From Octopus sinensis (taxonomy: Eukaryota): 64,000 nucleotides of DNA. Both the position numbers and the translations under genes were made by a program. The stretch spans positions 147,870,001 through 147,934,000 of the forward strand of contig NC_042999.1 of assembly GCF_006345805.1 (NCBI RefSeq). Direction: 5' to 3'. The notes beneath the pieces were generated by a model. It was not told the DNA's origin and searched no databases. It saw nothing but the letters and a program-made list of their open reading frames with translations. Positions within the stretch are counted from its first letter, which is position 1; every line of letters begins with the position of its first letter. Positions 39,376 through 53,459 of the stretch are shown in pieces.

Positions 39376-41784
39376 ATTTCTCTATAAATAAGCTCAACAA
39401 CACGTTTAGTAACATCCTTGTCAGCATTCTAGCAAACTCTGTAGCAATCAAATATTAGGTATGACTTCATATGTGGTTTTGTGCAAATTTTCGAAATCAA
39501 TATACAGCGTTAGACAGTAAATTATGTTTTTGAAATGGATATATAACACGAAAGCTCGAGGTGTTTAGTTTTTATTTTATTTATTATTCATTTTATTTCT
39601 TTTTATTTATTACATTTCGATTTATATTTTGTAATAAGAAATTTGATCAAAATCTTGACCGATGTAAAATAAAATTAACGAAACTATCAGACAGCCAAAT
39701 TCTGATAATGCAAATGATAAAATTACTTTACTTTAGAATATAAAAAAAAAAAGGAATATGAGTTAGCGATAATATACAAAATCATATGAAAATCTAGATT
39801 AAATTCAAGTCAAGAATATTTTTTTTTTCTATATGTGTAGTAAATATTAAGTTCTAAACAAGCTGCCAACGAGAGAGTCTCAGTGAAAACTTTCAACCTA
39901 CTAGAAATAGCAGCTGTATCATATCATTAATCAAAAATGGGAAGACGTGGGATAACATAATTTACAATAGAGAATTTTTGGGAAAAATTACATTATTGTC
40001 GGAGATGAAATTTCACTGATCGTGTATCTGCTTTATAAGAGCTAACCAGGGATTTTAATAGCGACGTTAACACTAGCAGATGCAAGTTATGAAGGGAAAA
40101 ATCTGAATTAAAATTTCTGGGAGGACGTTGTGGTACATAACTTCAATCAGTTCTTTCCTGAAACTAGAACCCGAAGCACACATAAGGCCATAAATATTAG
40201 CATACAAATATTGAGTCGAAAAACCCTTTTTAAATAGAAAAATCGAAAACTGCACGTGGAACGCTAACTCACATTGGACAAAGCAATTCCTTTATTTAAA
40301 GCGATTCCTTTATACATTTTGGAAATGTTATTCTTACCTGCGAGAAATGTATTTTGTTGACGTCACAAAAATTTAGAAACTTCCGAGAGAACGTAATGTA
40401 ATTCTTTCCTGAAACTGGATCTCGAAGCACACATAAAACCATAGATAAACTTGAGGTTAAAAAACACTTTTGAAACGCAGAAGTCGAGGTTTGCCTGTAT
40501 TTTCTATCCAAAATGTGTTTTTCTGACCAATATTTACAAGTTATTATTTATGGCTTTATGTGTGCTACAGGGTGTAGTTCCAGGAATTAATTATTTCGCG
40601 TTCTCTTGAAAGTTTGCAAATGTTTGTGGCGTCAATTACAGGAATCAGTTCTACTTTTCATTTATTGTCGATAATTACAACAAATTCTAGTTTATTACTA
40701 GAATTTAAATCTCTACATTATGTTAACCCTTATGAATTTCATACCTTCAGAAGATGCAGTGTTATTGCAGTAATAACTCTGATCAGCAGGCATGTCTTTC
40801 TCAACGATGAACGCGGCAAGTTATGACCATTCTAGTCAACCAGCCGATAAAGCCACCTCGCAACTTCTGCATCGCAATTGATTATTATTTGTTCTATAAA
40901 TTTCGATTTATACACCAAGCACATGCACACATGCGCAAGCATACGCACACACGCACACAGGCACGTATGTACACACACGCACGCACACACGTATGTACAC
41001 ACACATGCAAACGCAAACACACAAACACACGCACAACAGGAAATTACGTAATGCACTTCAATAGCTTGGAGCTGTTTCTGCGATGAGATGCAGTGCACTC
41101 AAAGCTGAGTGCTTGTGCAACACTTCACAGCTTTCTCGAAGGAAACTATGAAGTGATGTACAAGCTCCCATTTAGGAGTGCACTGTATCTTATAGCAGAA
41201 ACATCTGTAAGCTAATGAAGTTGATTACGTAATTTCCTGGTCCTATATCATTTAATTGATTCCTATTATGTTCTGTATTCGATTACTCTTTATTCTGCAG
41301 AGTACGTATATTGAAGTCTATAAGTACATTATTAGCATTACTAAACCTAAACGAAATGTTAATACACACACACACATATGCATATGTATACATATACTTA
41401 AATATATATGTATGCATATATATGCTCTAAATGAGGCGTAGTCAGCCGACAACTGATGAAGGGTTGTGCTTTGTGTTACTTTCCTGTTATCCATTTGTTT
41501 CTCTCGTTTGCGTATTGAACTCGTTTGTTTTCGTATTTCATGTTGTTTACTGTTGGTGACGTCCTGTACCCATATATGCATATAAGAATATGTTCTCAAA
41601 AATTTTAGCAAACGCCTCTTATTTATATATGTAATATAATTCATAGTGTTCGGACATATTTTAAGTACGCTAGTCATTGGTTTAAATTAATATTAATTAA
41701 TAACATTAATTTCTACCCTCATCATTTAACTATTATATTATATTATATTACTTTTATATTATATTATATATTATATATATATAT

Positions 41785-42045
41785 ATAACCCGAAGTGTAC
41801 AGTGCTATACGAACGATCCGATCATACTAATAGGTTTCGCGTTAGGGATTCAACGGTGTGCTAGGCAACAATCCGATTATATAACCCAACGCTCATTCAG
41901 AAGTAGTCGATATAGTTACCTGATGAGTGAAGGGTTATATAATCGAATTGTTACCTAATCGAATTGTTACCCGTTGAATCCCTACTACGAAACCGGTTGT
42001 TAAATCGTTTATAATGGATTTTATAATACTGTACGCTTCAGGTAA
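41785..42045. repeat. Inverted repeat pair C (diverged fold-back) with hammerhead motifs
   Basis: ataacccgaagtgtacagt / actgtacgcttcaggtaat; tagggattcaacgg / ccgttgaatcccta; cgattatataaccc / gggttatataatcg. Confidence 0.85.
41916..42002 (+). ncRNA. Hammerhead ribozyme motif with extended helix II
   Basis: TTAC-CTGATGA-GT-GA-AGGG...CCCT-ACT-AC-GAAA-CCGG-TT-GTTA; G10.1-C11.1 pair, palindromic ACCGGU helix III, GUU triplet. Confidence 0.6.
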
Positions 42046-42137
42046 TATACCCATTCTATTGACTGATATAGGAGTGCAGTTTTTCCTGATTCATGGATTT
42101 CTAGACGACTTTGACACGTACATACGCACACACACAC

Positions 42138-42171
<34 letters not shown>

Positions 42172-43084
42172 AGTGAGAGAGAGGTGAGAAAGAGAGTGAT
42201 GGATAGATAGGTAGATAGATAACAAAATGTTGCTTCCAGTTCAATTTCTAGTTCATTTCTTTTTTTTTTTCAGAAATCTCCTGAGATAAATCAAAGGGGA
42301 TATAGAAATATATAGCAACACAAGTACATTTTAGTGCTCACACCAATATAAACTAGCAGGATTTGGTTCAGAATTTTCTCGTTTGGAACTTTCATCACTT
42401 TTTATACTTCATACTCGTAAATTATTTTACTTCACATTTCCTAATTTTCAGTGAATGAGTGCATGTGAATGTAAAACTAAAGCGAAAAAGTAAAACAAAT
42501 GGCATTGTTCTGATGGGAAAAGGAATGTTTCAAAGGCGAAACTGTTAATTGTAATGTCAAACTGTACAGTCTCCGAGGAAACCATGAAAATTATTCCGTA
42601 AAATGTCAAACTCTAAAAACTCGGTAGCCACTACACAAACACTAAGAAGCAGAGGAACTCAAACAGCTATCCAATCAAGAATACATACCTTTACAAAACA
42701 TAAATTAACGCATTAATTCATTCACTCTCTAGGTTGTCACGATATAGGTCTTACCACGTATGAATTTTAAAAGAAGCATTTAGAAATCTCGGCAAAAGAT
42801 CTAATATGACTCTAGCTAACAGCGTTCCGAAATTAAAACACGTTCGCACCACCCACCCACTCACCCATCATGCAACATGTTTTGGAATATATCAGAGTGG
42901 CCAAGGTCCTGCAACTCAAATTGTAACTTTCTTCCTGCTCTGCTTATCCAAGTAAAGAGCATTCCTATTTAGAAACAATATATGGGTTAATATTTATTCA
43001 AATACTACACACTTCCTGACTAACTGCATACGGCCACAATTCAAAGTTATTCCTACAATTGTATTAGTACAACAGTGCCTCCGT

Positions 43085-43560
43085 TTAACCGTGTACAATT
43101 GTTTCTAAATCCAACCAGTCGTTGGTACCAGTTGTCCTTTTCTTATTGGTAGTACCATTACTCTTTTTTCCTTTAGGTTCTTTGTTTTGAACTGTATCTC
43201 TTGTATTGTTGTTTGTTTTTCCCACTGCCTGGTCTTTCTTTTCTAGTTCTCTTGTGATCTCTTCTACCCCCAATTCTGTTATCCACTTTCTTGTATGAGC
43301 CACACCTTGATCAACTAATTTCTGCTCAGTCACTTTGAACAATCCCTTCTCTACCCAAAATGTTAACATCCGTTCTCTATAGACCCTTCTTTTAGGTTCA
43401 CTTTCTAAGTAGCACTGTATCACTATCCTGTTTTCATCGCTAATCCAATTCCTCCTACTTGTTCTATTATCTGCTGACGCTCTCTTAGGAAAACAGCTGT
43501 TGTCAGTCTGCATCTATAGTGAGACACTGCCGAGTGAGAGGCCTTCCCTTGAGGGTCCAG
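43085..43560 (-). mobile_element. N-terminal fragment of an R4/Dong-type (RLE) non-LTR retrotransposon ORF
   Basis: RRNWISDENRIVIQCYLESEPKRRVYRERMLTFWVEKGLFKVTEQKLVDQ resembles the N-terminus of R4/Dong-clade proteins as I recall it. Confidence 0.7.
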
Positions 43561-44073
43561 CTTCATTTTCGCTGTCTCAACTAGAGTTTCTAAGCAAACT
43601 CCTGTCTCTCATAAACTGAGGTAAGGTAACGTTCGTCACCATCTTCATCACCACTATTGTATTTTGACATCTGAAAGTTTCAAGCAACTTTATATTCCAT
43701 CATTTATTACACCTTTTTTCTAGTGGGGGTGGTGTGTGCCGCGTTTTTTCTTCTTTTTTTGGGGCGGGGGATATTTCATTGTATCAGTACGTTTTGTTAT
43801 AAGCTTTTGTTTGAGTCTTCTGTCGCATTAGTTTTTATATTGTGCGTTGTTTGCCCAGCGCAGATTGTGTTCTTCTGTCGGGTATCGTCCTTCTATGGCA
43901 CACGCAGTGGATTTTGCTAATTTTGTTGGGTATTTATAGTATGAGTTTATTCTTGTATGTTTTTGGGGTGGGGTGTTGCATAGTAGTGTGTAACTCATAA
44001 ATCAATTTATTTTTAGTATTTATGATTATCCGTCCGCCGTTCTTCTTCTTTTGGTTGGGTTCTTTGAGTTCTG

Positions 44074-44074
<1 letters not shown>

Positions 44075-44141
<67 letters not shown>

Positions 44142-44147
44142 TATTAC

Positions 44148-44201
<54 letters not shown>
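44075..44201. repeat. (TTA)n directly followed by (TAA)n, a self-complementary microsatellite
   Basis: Direct reading; orientation switches near 44148. Confidence 0.95.
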
Positions 44202-44202
<1 letters not shown>

Positions 44203-45189
44203 CATCTTAGGAGAGAAGGAACGCAGATCTTTCTCCGCTTAGTAGCTGTGGCAAAATAGGTTATATGGTGGACCCACCTGAAAGGTTTGAAGACAGGCAC
44301 TTTCCTATCCAGCTAAGCCCTCATCAATTTCTTCAAAAATCATTTGAGGAGGAAGATGAGTGCAGAGAGGGAGATGCCGCCTTCTAGATTGTTTATCAAA
44401 AGGTGGTCGACAATGGCCAGCCTGGTGTGACTGAATGAATCTACTCTGAATATACTTTTCTAAGCAAGAAGAAAGAAACTGGAAGAGGGCACTTTCCCAT
44501 GCCTTGAGGATGGCAGATTAATCCGGGATTTTTGTGAGGTGTTTAAGCCGGATTACCCTAAGTGGACTGCCCCACTATTGGGGATTCTATCTATATATTT
44601 ATTTATTATCTATTCCCTAATTTCGATTATATAACCTCTATTATATGCTTTAATGTGGTAGTATCTCTCCTTGATTGATTTTAACCCCGCATGTTTTTGT
44701 AATTTTTCTTTTGTGTGCGTGTATGCTGTAACTCGTCCTTCGATATTGCCCTCTATGTCTTGGGCCCATTATTGTTGTTATTATTATTATTGTTGGGATC
44801 ATTTCTTACATATTATAATTTTTATTTCTACCCGAGAAGAAATTCTTCAGAAAACCGAATGAGCGTTTATAATGTAAACACTTAAATTATTGATCAGAAA
44901 AAAGTCAGTAACAGAAGAGAGAAGGAAAGCTCGAGAGATAATTTATCAAAAACGACGCATAATAGAGTAGAAGGAATGTAACGGAAGTTACTACAGAGTT
45001 AAGAGAAAGTATAATTATGCTAGCTGATGTGATCAAGAGATTGAAAGCAAAAGAAAGAAGGAAGGGCCTCGGCTAATTTCCTCGGTGAGCAATTGTTAAC
45101 TTTAGAAGCAGCTTCCGTATACAAAGTTTAGTTGATGGAATAATATCGGTTTCAAATGTTGACACAAAACCAGCAGGTTTGAGGAACTA

Positions 45190-45600
45190 AGTTAGCGAGC
45201 TGGCAGAATCGTTAGCACGCTGGGTAAAGTGCCTTGCAATATTTCATCCGTCATTACATTCTGAGTTCAAGTTCCGCTGAGGTTCACTATGCCATTCATC
45301 TTTTCGGGATCGATAAAATAAGTACCAACGAACACTGGGATCGATGAAATCGACTTTCTTATTCCCTCAAAATTATTGGCTGTGTGCCAAAAATGAAACC
45401 AATATTAGAATTAAGGCGGTGAGATGGAAGAGTCGTTAGTACACGTGAGAAGATGCTTAGCAGTATTCCTTCCGGTTCTTTATGTTCTGAGTTTAAAATG
45501 CCACCAAGGTCAACTTTGCTTTTCATTCCTTCCGGGTCAACAAAATAAGTACCAGTCGAACGCTAGGATCGACGTAATCGACTACCTCCGCCCGAAACCA
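45190..45600 (+). mobile_element. Two diverged Meta-like SINE (family 2) copies in tandem
   Basis: GCGAGCTGGCAGAATCGTTAGCACG head at about 45195 and a second head at about 45415, each with the GGTCGA.AAAATAAGTACCA domain. Confidence 0.8.
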
Positions 45601-46469
45601 AATTTCTGGTTTTCTCTACATAGAATACAAAGTATTATCTTATTACATTTTTTTTTAATTAAATATGGTTAAATGCTGCAAGGGTATATTTCTCTTTCCA
45701 GTTTTCGGTTGGTAAATAATTACGAGTTAAGTTACTATAGTCAATCGAAACAACTATATCTCCCTCATTGTATGTTGAATCCTTATGGTTTGCTAGGAAT
45801 CAATCATGGTTAAAATACAAAGTTCCCAACTAGTTAAAAGCATTATTTCCTTTAAAACGTTTGATAACACTATAAAATCGATGTTTCGCTAAAACTACGG
45901 ATATAACACTATTCAACGGCTAATCTAGTCTATCAATTGTTACTAATGCATAGTTTTCCCCACAAATGTTTCTGTATAGCAGGCACAGACAAAAGTATAA
46001 CAAACAAAGCTAAACGAATATATATAGATTACAAATGATGTTCTTTATGATGACTAGGTGTCGACTTTTCGTAAGTGACCAGTACAAACATAAAATTTTC
46101 TGTTCATTTATTTTCTAAAGTGAGGAAACACGGATAAGTAGAATTCCTAAATCAGCAGTGCATAAATCACTCTGTCATACTCGCTTTTAAAAATTATGTT
46201 TAGATGTTTTCTTGGATTACATTACAAATATGTCTAGTGGATATGTTTGTAAAAAATGCAATGCATGCAATGGGGTTGTGTCCACAACAAGCTTGTCGAT
46301 GCACAAAGAGATTTGGTCTCACAACACATTGGAGACATTATTATGGGTGTAGATACGGCTGCATAATTTAGAAATTTGGTTTGCGACCACTGCACGGTCT
46401 CCCACCGTTTCCTACAATAGACTTTGGCTGAATAATATGTACACACATATGCACATACGCGTATGTATG

Positions 46470-46508
<39 letters not shown>

Positions 46509-46560
46509 TATATATATGTGCGTGTGTATATATATATGTACACACACATACATATATATG

Positions 46561-46591
<31 letters not shown>

Positions 46592-46602
46592 ATATGTGTG
46601 TA

Positions 46603-46683
<81 letters not shown>

Positions 46684-48084
46684 AAAAGAGTACTATATAT
46701 GAGAAGTATTTATGTGTGTGAATATCTGTGCTTTTGTATCTTGCACGTGCGTATGAGTGTTGCAACTAAACACACATGATTCTCACAAGGTACATATAAA
46801 TTTATCTAATGAAAGCATTTATTCATTGAGAAGAAAAGCTAGATGATTCGCAGAATTTCTGTGTGAAATAAATAAGCAGAAATTTGCCGTATATGTATCT
46901 TACGCGAACCTTTCCAATCAACTAGAAGTTTCTAACGACAATTCGTTTCTCTAATCAATAAAGTAACAGGTTCCCAAGATGTCTTACAATACATTAATCC
47001 TACAAGAATTTGATTTAGAAGCATATAGAATATAAGGAGAAAACTAGAGAGCGAGATTGTATAAGAAACTTGTATGTGTAAATCATTCTCCGATGTATAG
47101 TAGTGGGAAAACAAAATAGAAACTGTGTTTTAAGTAGAATACATTGTTGTTTTAGTTCTTTAATGAGTTGCTGGAACAATGACTTGGTGCAATGACCATC
47201 GGTGAAGACGTATAGGTCTATTGACCAATACCTGTTCAATGCGTATAGTTCTTTGGAAAACTCTAACGTTCTTTACACATTTCCAAAGGACTAGTATTCA
47301 CCAAATATGATGTACAAAATAAACAAATGGGAGTATATGTTACTCGTGTTTTGAATATCAAGCCTTTTGCACGATTAATTTCTACAAATGTAATTATTAT
47401 TCTTTACGCCAAATAATAAACATTTTTTACTAAAATACTTATTTTCCTGTTCCCTTGTTTGAGAACACAAACAAATCATCTACTAATTAATCACTTAATG
47501 ATTAAATAACTCATTAGCCAACAAATTATCAATTTTTTCTACTATAGGCACAAAGCCTGAAAATTTGGTGGAGTGGGACTAGTCCATTAACATTGACCCC
47601 GGTGCTCAACTGTTGCTGACTTTGAGGACAACGAACATATTAAAGGCTAAGTCAGTCCGGCGGAATTTAAACAAACAACGTGAAGCTGGCAGAAATGCCT
47701 CTAAGCATTTTCTCCGACGTGCTGTTTCCACAAGAAGTGTTTCTTTTGTGAGCGGCATGGATCTCCTAATATACAGCAAAATCTTTTCCTTCCTTTTTGC
47801 TTCATTGTAAGGGCTGAATCGCTCTCATTCAGGTTTCGGTGGATCGGCCATATCGATTGTTCGTGACGGATATTATAATCAAGCACTCATCAATTTTCAT
47901 GACGGTCGCATGGCCACTGTATTGGGCGAGATTTTTCTTTTACGTCAGCAACAACTGACATGATAGTCGATATTATTTTAGAAATAAAGACATTGAAAGG
48001 GAATTTTCAGATTGTCAGTGATATTTTACCCTTAAATAACCCTCCCAAACAAACAACTGTTAGTCAACGTGGTGACAACTCAGC

Positions 48085-48240
48085 AAAAAACATGCAGCGT
48101 TAAATCTTTAAATACACATCAGTACTAAAAAACAAAAACAAAGTAGAAAGCTGGACATGGGTGAAAGCTCTATGTGCAGAACATGATGTAAGTTCATCAA
48201 CAATGGTTAATATGCAGAACAAAAATGTGAGAAAATGCTT
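48085..48240 (+). mobile_element. Possible Tigger/pogo CENP-B-type HTH fragment
   Basis: KVESWTWVKALCAEHDVSSSTM resembles KLE.G.SVK.LC.EYGV..STI. Confidence 0.45.
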
Positions 48241-48887
48241 TTTCATTATTTTAACAATTATTTTTAACTTAAGCATTACTGGCTCCGAAAATCCATACCT
48301 TGTGCACCTGTCTTGTTTCACACTTGACGGATTAGTATAGCTCAATCTGTATTATAAAATATTAATTTCTATTTTTTTTATTTCGTTTCAGTATGAAAAT
48401 GGTTAATTTTAAATGCGATAGATTCGTAATATTTTGCAGAGGAAAAAAATAAGAAAACCGAATACGCTTTTGAGCAACGCAGTCTAACAAGAGTTAAAAG
48501 AAAATCCGGGACGTATTAGCAGATGCTATTCTCAAGAATGTCGCATTAGTGAACTAAAAACAAAAGAAATCCTAATCCATTCGGTTCCAAGAAGAATAAT
48601 GTTCTTTAATAAAGTATTACATGTGTGCGCATATGCGCATATATAAAAATAGATACAATATATATATATAAAGAATTAATGGTAATGCTATGCCACTTCG
48701 TAATAATCCTTATTATTATTATTATTATTATTATTATTGTAGTTGTTGTTTATATATATATATATATACATACATACATATATATAAGGGCAATATATAT
48801 GTAATATATATACATTATACGTAAATGTATACAACATACACATACATACACACACACTCACACACACACACATGTATGTATGTATAT

Positions 48888-48953
<66 letters not shown>

Positions 48954-48989
48954 CATACATGCATAAATGCATATATACATACAATACTT

Positions 48990-49400
48990 TAGTCGTGCAT
49001 CTTCGACCACCACTCACTATATTTACCACTTTGCATCCATGACTCTCACCTCTATCACTGTACTTCTTTCCTCCAACCTCTTCCATCCATGCATACCATA
49101 CCTTTATTTCTCATCTGTCTGCATATTTATCAAACTGTTGCCCTTCCACCTTTCTTGCGCTGCCTCTTATAAATTTCTCCTTGCTTGAACACCACCACCC
49201 TGAACTGATATATACAGTCGACTACCCCATCCACATCGTTCATCATTCACTAAATTCACCTCTCTATGCATCACTATCAGTCATTTCCATCTCACACAGA
49301 TGCAAGTTAGACACATAGCCTTCTCGAACCTCTGTTTCTATTCTCTCTCAAAGTCATCTTAGTATAACGTGAGACCATTCTCACACCCCATAACCACAAA
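48990..49400 (-). mobile_element. Highly degraded RTE-like LINE 3' fragment
   Basis: Weak minus-strand resemblance to the LHGSETW..RWM..QERR region. Confidence 0.3.
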
Positions 49401-49959
49401 GGTGGTGATATTAATATAGGTGAGCTTTCTCAAAGCTACACAAGTATAAACACCGCTATTCAACAAGTTGAAGTTCACTAGTAACATCCAAGTGACAGGT
49501 ATTGATGGTAAGCCAAGCAATAAATGAATTGCACAATGTAAATCAAATTCCCAGTGAATGTAACAAACTTGTACATATTAAGTATCTACTAAATTCTATT
49601 GACAAACCTTGACTCACTCCGTATGTTCGGTACAATGCACTTAACTAAGATGTAAAACAGGACATGGAAGGATGTGAAAAGAAAATCATTCATCAAGTCC
49701 CATTTAAGAAAATATTGAATACTGTTACATATATATTCATGTACACATCAATGCACATAATATGCACACATTCATGCAAACACTGAAAAACATCCATGCA
49801 AGTCATACCAATTACAACACAAACATCCATATATTAACGTTTAAATTCAGAGACATAACATAAGTAAATAGCCTCCCTTATAATCATTAAGATTTATTTA
49901 AATCTGAAATTATACATTCAAATTATTTATCAATTATTATAATGTGAATATTTTATATA

Positions 49960-50815
49960 TACTAGGCGTGCCCTGGTCAGATGACGAATATTATCTTGCC
50001 AAGTTCCATGCAGTATTCTCAAAAGATCTGGATTTGAAGATACTTTCTTGCACTTTTTATGAAGCGCCTGTTCATTATGTCCTAGAGGTGTTCATATCTG
50101 GCGACTGGCTTCGCCATGGAAGCTTTTTAATGCCATTCTCATCCAAAATTTCTTGGTGTCATTTTAACCCCATCTTCCGTAAATACTCTTCTTTAATCAT
50201 TTCACCTCTCCAGTAGAATGGAAGGAGTCCCTTCTGCAATATGGACGCATATTTATCTGAGTTTATGTTTACTTCACACTCCACCAGCAGTGATCAACCA
50301 CTGCTCTAAATTTCTCCCCAGACCATCACAGAAAAGTTATTGTATTTCATTGTTGGCTGCAATATTTTCACATGAAATTCTTGATCACAAAGTATCTAGA
50401 CCTACACTCGACCACTGTCAGCAAATACATCAAATCTGAACTCATCAGAGGATATGACAGTGTCCCAAATTGATAGTGGCCTCTCCACCATCCCACTGGC
50501 CCAATCTTTTCTCCGCTTCATGTTGGCTGGTCAAAGAAGTTGTTTCCGGCTTGCCGCCCGCCATAGTAACGAAGTTTGTGGAGATACCTGACAGCTGTTC
50601 TGGGACTAACATCAAGTTGTTTTGTTATGTCAGATGCCTTTCAAAGAGGATTATCCTCCACACTTTTCTCAAAAAAGAGAAGGGTCCTGTCAGAGGGCCC
50701 TGATTGATCTGGGAAAGGTGATGTAGACATCTTCCCCTCTCTGGTGAATTGCACAATCATCCTATTAACTGTAGGAAGCGAGATCCCAGAGTTTCTGCGA
50801 TTTTACACTATGTCC
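49960..50815 (-). mobile_element. Tc1 (DD34E-type) transposase remnant
   Basis: Minus strand AETLGISLPTVNRMI, KRRKDWAS..WDTVISSDEFRF, SVMVWG, NSDKYASILQ, LPWRSQSPDMN; frameshifted. Confidence 0.85.
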
Positions 50816-50819
50816 AGCG

Positions 50820-51560
50820 TAAAATGACACTCAATGCGGCATCTTTCCACAGAATTCATATTTTTTCCGTCCAAATGATTTTGAAGACTGCGGAATAAAT
50901 GATAATTAGATGGAGCAATCTCCGGCGAACATGGTAGGTGGGACATCGTTTCCCATTCAAACTACTCCAGCCTTTGGAATGTCATCTTCGTTGTATATGG
51001 CCGAGCATTATCGTGATGGAAGAACACCTTTCGTTTTGAAAACAATAATGCTCGTTTTTCTTCTAGCGCTGACTTAAGCCGCTGAGTCTGCTCGCTGTAG
51101 AGCTTCTTTGTTATCGTTGGTTTGGGTTTGAAAGTTCAAAGTGAATTAAACCTTTTATATCCCACCAAACAGATAACACCTTACGTGAGTGAAGACCTTC
51201 TTTATCCTGGGGTTCCGGTGTTTCGCCTTTCCCTTCGGCGCTTCACATTTTTATAGAGAACTCATTTTTCGTCACCAGTCACTATTCGGTCCACATGAGT
51301 TTCATTCGTCAGAAGGGTACACATCCGCTCTCTGCGCGCGATTAGACTCTTAAACTTTGTGAGGAACCCATTGAACCAATTTTCTGACTTTTCCGATGGC
51401 ACGCAGGTGTTGATGAATGACTGAATGACCAAATTCATGCTCTTCTGCTAGCTCTTCAACAGTTACGATGACATTTTGTTCCACCAGGTCTTGCAGTACG
51501 TCTCTGTCGAGCTCTACTGATCTTTCAGAACTGGGCTTCTAGGCTGTAGTTTCCAGCTCA
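50820..51560 (-). mobile_element. Mariner (Mos1/Hsmar-like DD34D) transposase remnant
   Basis: Minus strand remnants of the WVPH and VTGDEKW motifs, FHHDNARPY, SPEIAPSNYHLFRSLQNHLDG. Confidence 0.88.
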
Positions 51561-51599
51561 GATTTTCTAAATCTACCGTTGACACTGGCTTACGCTTAT

Positions 51600-51785
51600 T
51601 GTCCAAGAAGATGCTGATTTGTTTCATCGATGCAAAAGGAATTTTTCACACACAATTTGTTCCTCCTGATCACACTGTTAAACAGACATTTTATTTTGGC
51701 AGTTCTGAAGCGTTTGAGACATTGTGAGACGAAGACTCCCCGACCAGTGGCAACGTGGAGTGGTTTCATCACAACAATGCTCCTG
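51600..51785 (+). mobile_element. Internal fragment of a second mariner
   Basis: KKMLICFIDAKGIFHTQFVPPDHTVKQTFY..VLKRL...HHNNAP. Confidence 0.78.
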
Positions 51786-51971
51786 TCTGGTTTTGTGATT
51801 TTGTAAATGTTGTTTATGAACAGTGAGTCTGTTTCTCAAAATGACTTTCATTTTCCTTCGTTGTCCATCATTAATTGCATAATTTAATATTTATGTAAGT
51901 TTTAAGGGATTTTTACAGTGAAAATATGATCTTATACGATATGTCGTCTATGATGGTGTTCGTTCCTCAGA

Positions 51972-52205
51972 GATGGCAGCGAGCTGGCAGAAACGTTAGC
52001 ACGCCGGGCGAAATGCGTAGCCGTATTTCGTCTGCCGTTACGTTCTGAGTTCAAATTCCGCCGAGGTCGACTTTGCCTTTTATCCTTTCGGGGTTGATTA
52101 AATAAGTACCAGTTACGCACTGGGGTCGATGTAATCGACTTAATACCTATGTCTGTCCTTGTTTGTCCCCTCTATGTTTAACCCCTTGTGGGTGATAAAG
52201 AAATA
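51972..52205 (+). mobile_element. Meta-like SINE (family 2), single unit
   Basis: GGCAGCGAGCTGGCAGAAACGTTAGCACG...GAGTTCAAATTCCGCCGAGGTCGAC...AAAGAAATAG. Confidence 0.92.
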
Positions 52206-53089
52206 GCTGTTGGTTCCTCAGATGAGACGAACATTTATTTTGCTTTAGTAGTGGGTAATTTCGCGTTAATTAGCGACTTTTTAAGCTTTTCGGTTGTAAT
52301 TTGCTAGAGTACGTTTTGTTTTCTCCGTGTATTTTGTTTCAATAATGGAAAGTTTTGATGAAAAATGTTTTAAGTTTCTGTTTTATTTATGATAGTGTAT
52401 TCGGTGCACTAGAAATGTTTTTTTTTTCTTTTGTAATTCTTCAGCATCTATTGCTTTGGCAATTTCTATTTCATTTTAAATTAATTTTCTTGGGTGCTAT
52501 CTTTCAAGTAGTATTTGTTTTAATTCTTAGATTGTTTTATATCGTATTTCAGGATACAAAACGATTGAAAGTACTCTTAGTGCTAGATTAAACGCTTTAT
52601 TTATTTGCGTGTTTTTTTTTTTTTTGGTGACAGGAAATAAATAGTAAGTAGTAGTTAAAGACTATTTGTAGTGGATGTTGGTTTCGATATTTGTGTTATT
52701 TTATTATTAAAATATCAAATAAGGGTATCCATTGTGACATTTTAACCGTAGATTGCTGTTTATGTCATTAAGTAAGGCTTTTTAACTAAATTTGTTTGCG
52801 ATCTTTAGTCTACATAACGAAACGGACATCTAAGTAACGTAGACTTTAATCCAGCGTGTGATTTACAGACAAGTCCATAGACTGAATATAAGAGCTGATT
52901 GATATACAAAACGACTAACATGTTAGATCTAGACTTTGTCTTCGCTCTCAAATTTTGATAGTCCAGGCGATTTAATTCAGAGTTTTTTTTTATGATTTTA
53001 TAGCAAGTTAACCTTGAGTCGTTGTGGTCCAATACAATTTTTTTTTTCAGTGTGTCTGTGGAAATATTTATCACTTTCAGATTTACTTA

Positions 53090-53210
53090 ATCTCGTGCTC
53101 CCGCCTCAGCTAAGGTCTTTCTGCTTTGTCATGAGGCTGACTATACATAAAGACTTTTGCAACTCTGTTGTCGCTCATTCTGACGCCATGACAAATCCGT
53201 CTTAATTGGG
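53090..53210 (-). mobile_element. RTE LINE C-terminal fragment
   Basis: Minus strand ICHGVRMSDNRVAKVFMYSQP..ERP resembles WxGHVxRMxDxRxxK...GRP. Confidence 0.55.
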
Positions 53211-53459
53211 AATGTAAAAAAAAAGGATTCAGTAACACCAATTTTACATTTTGACAATAAGTTAGGCTGTATCCCAAAGGGGCTGCAGATATTACTTATG
53301 GAAGACATCCAGCATTAGGGAAACTGTATTTCTTGGATATGTATGTGTATGCATGTGTATATGTGTATGTATATGTATATGTATATATATATATATGTAT
53401 ATATATATGTATATATATGTATATGTATGTATATTTTTTTATATATTTATGTATACGTA

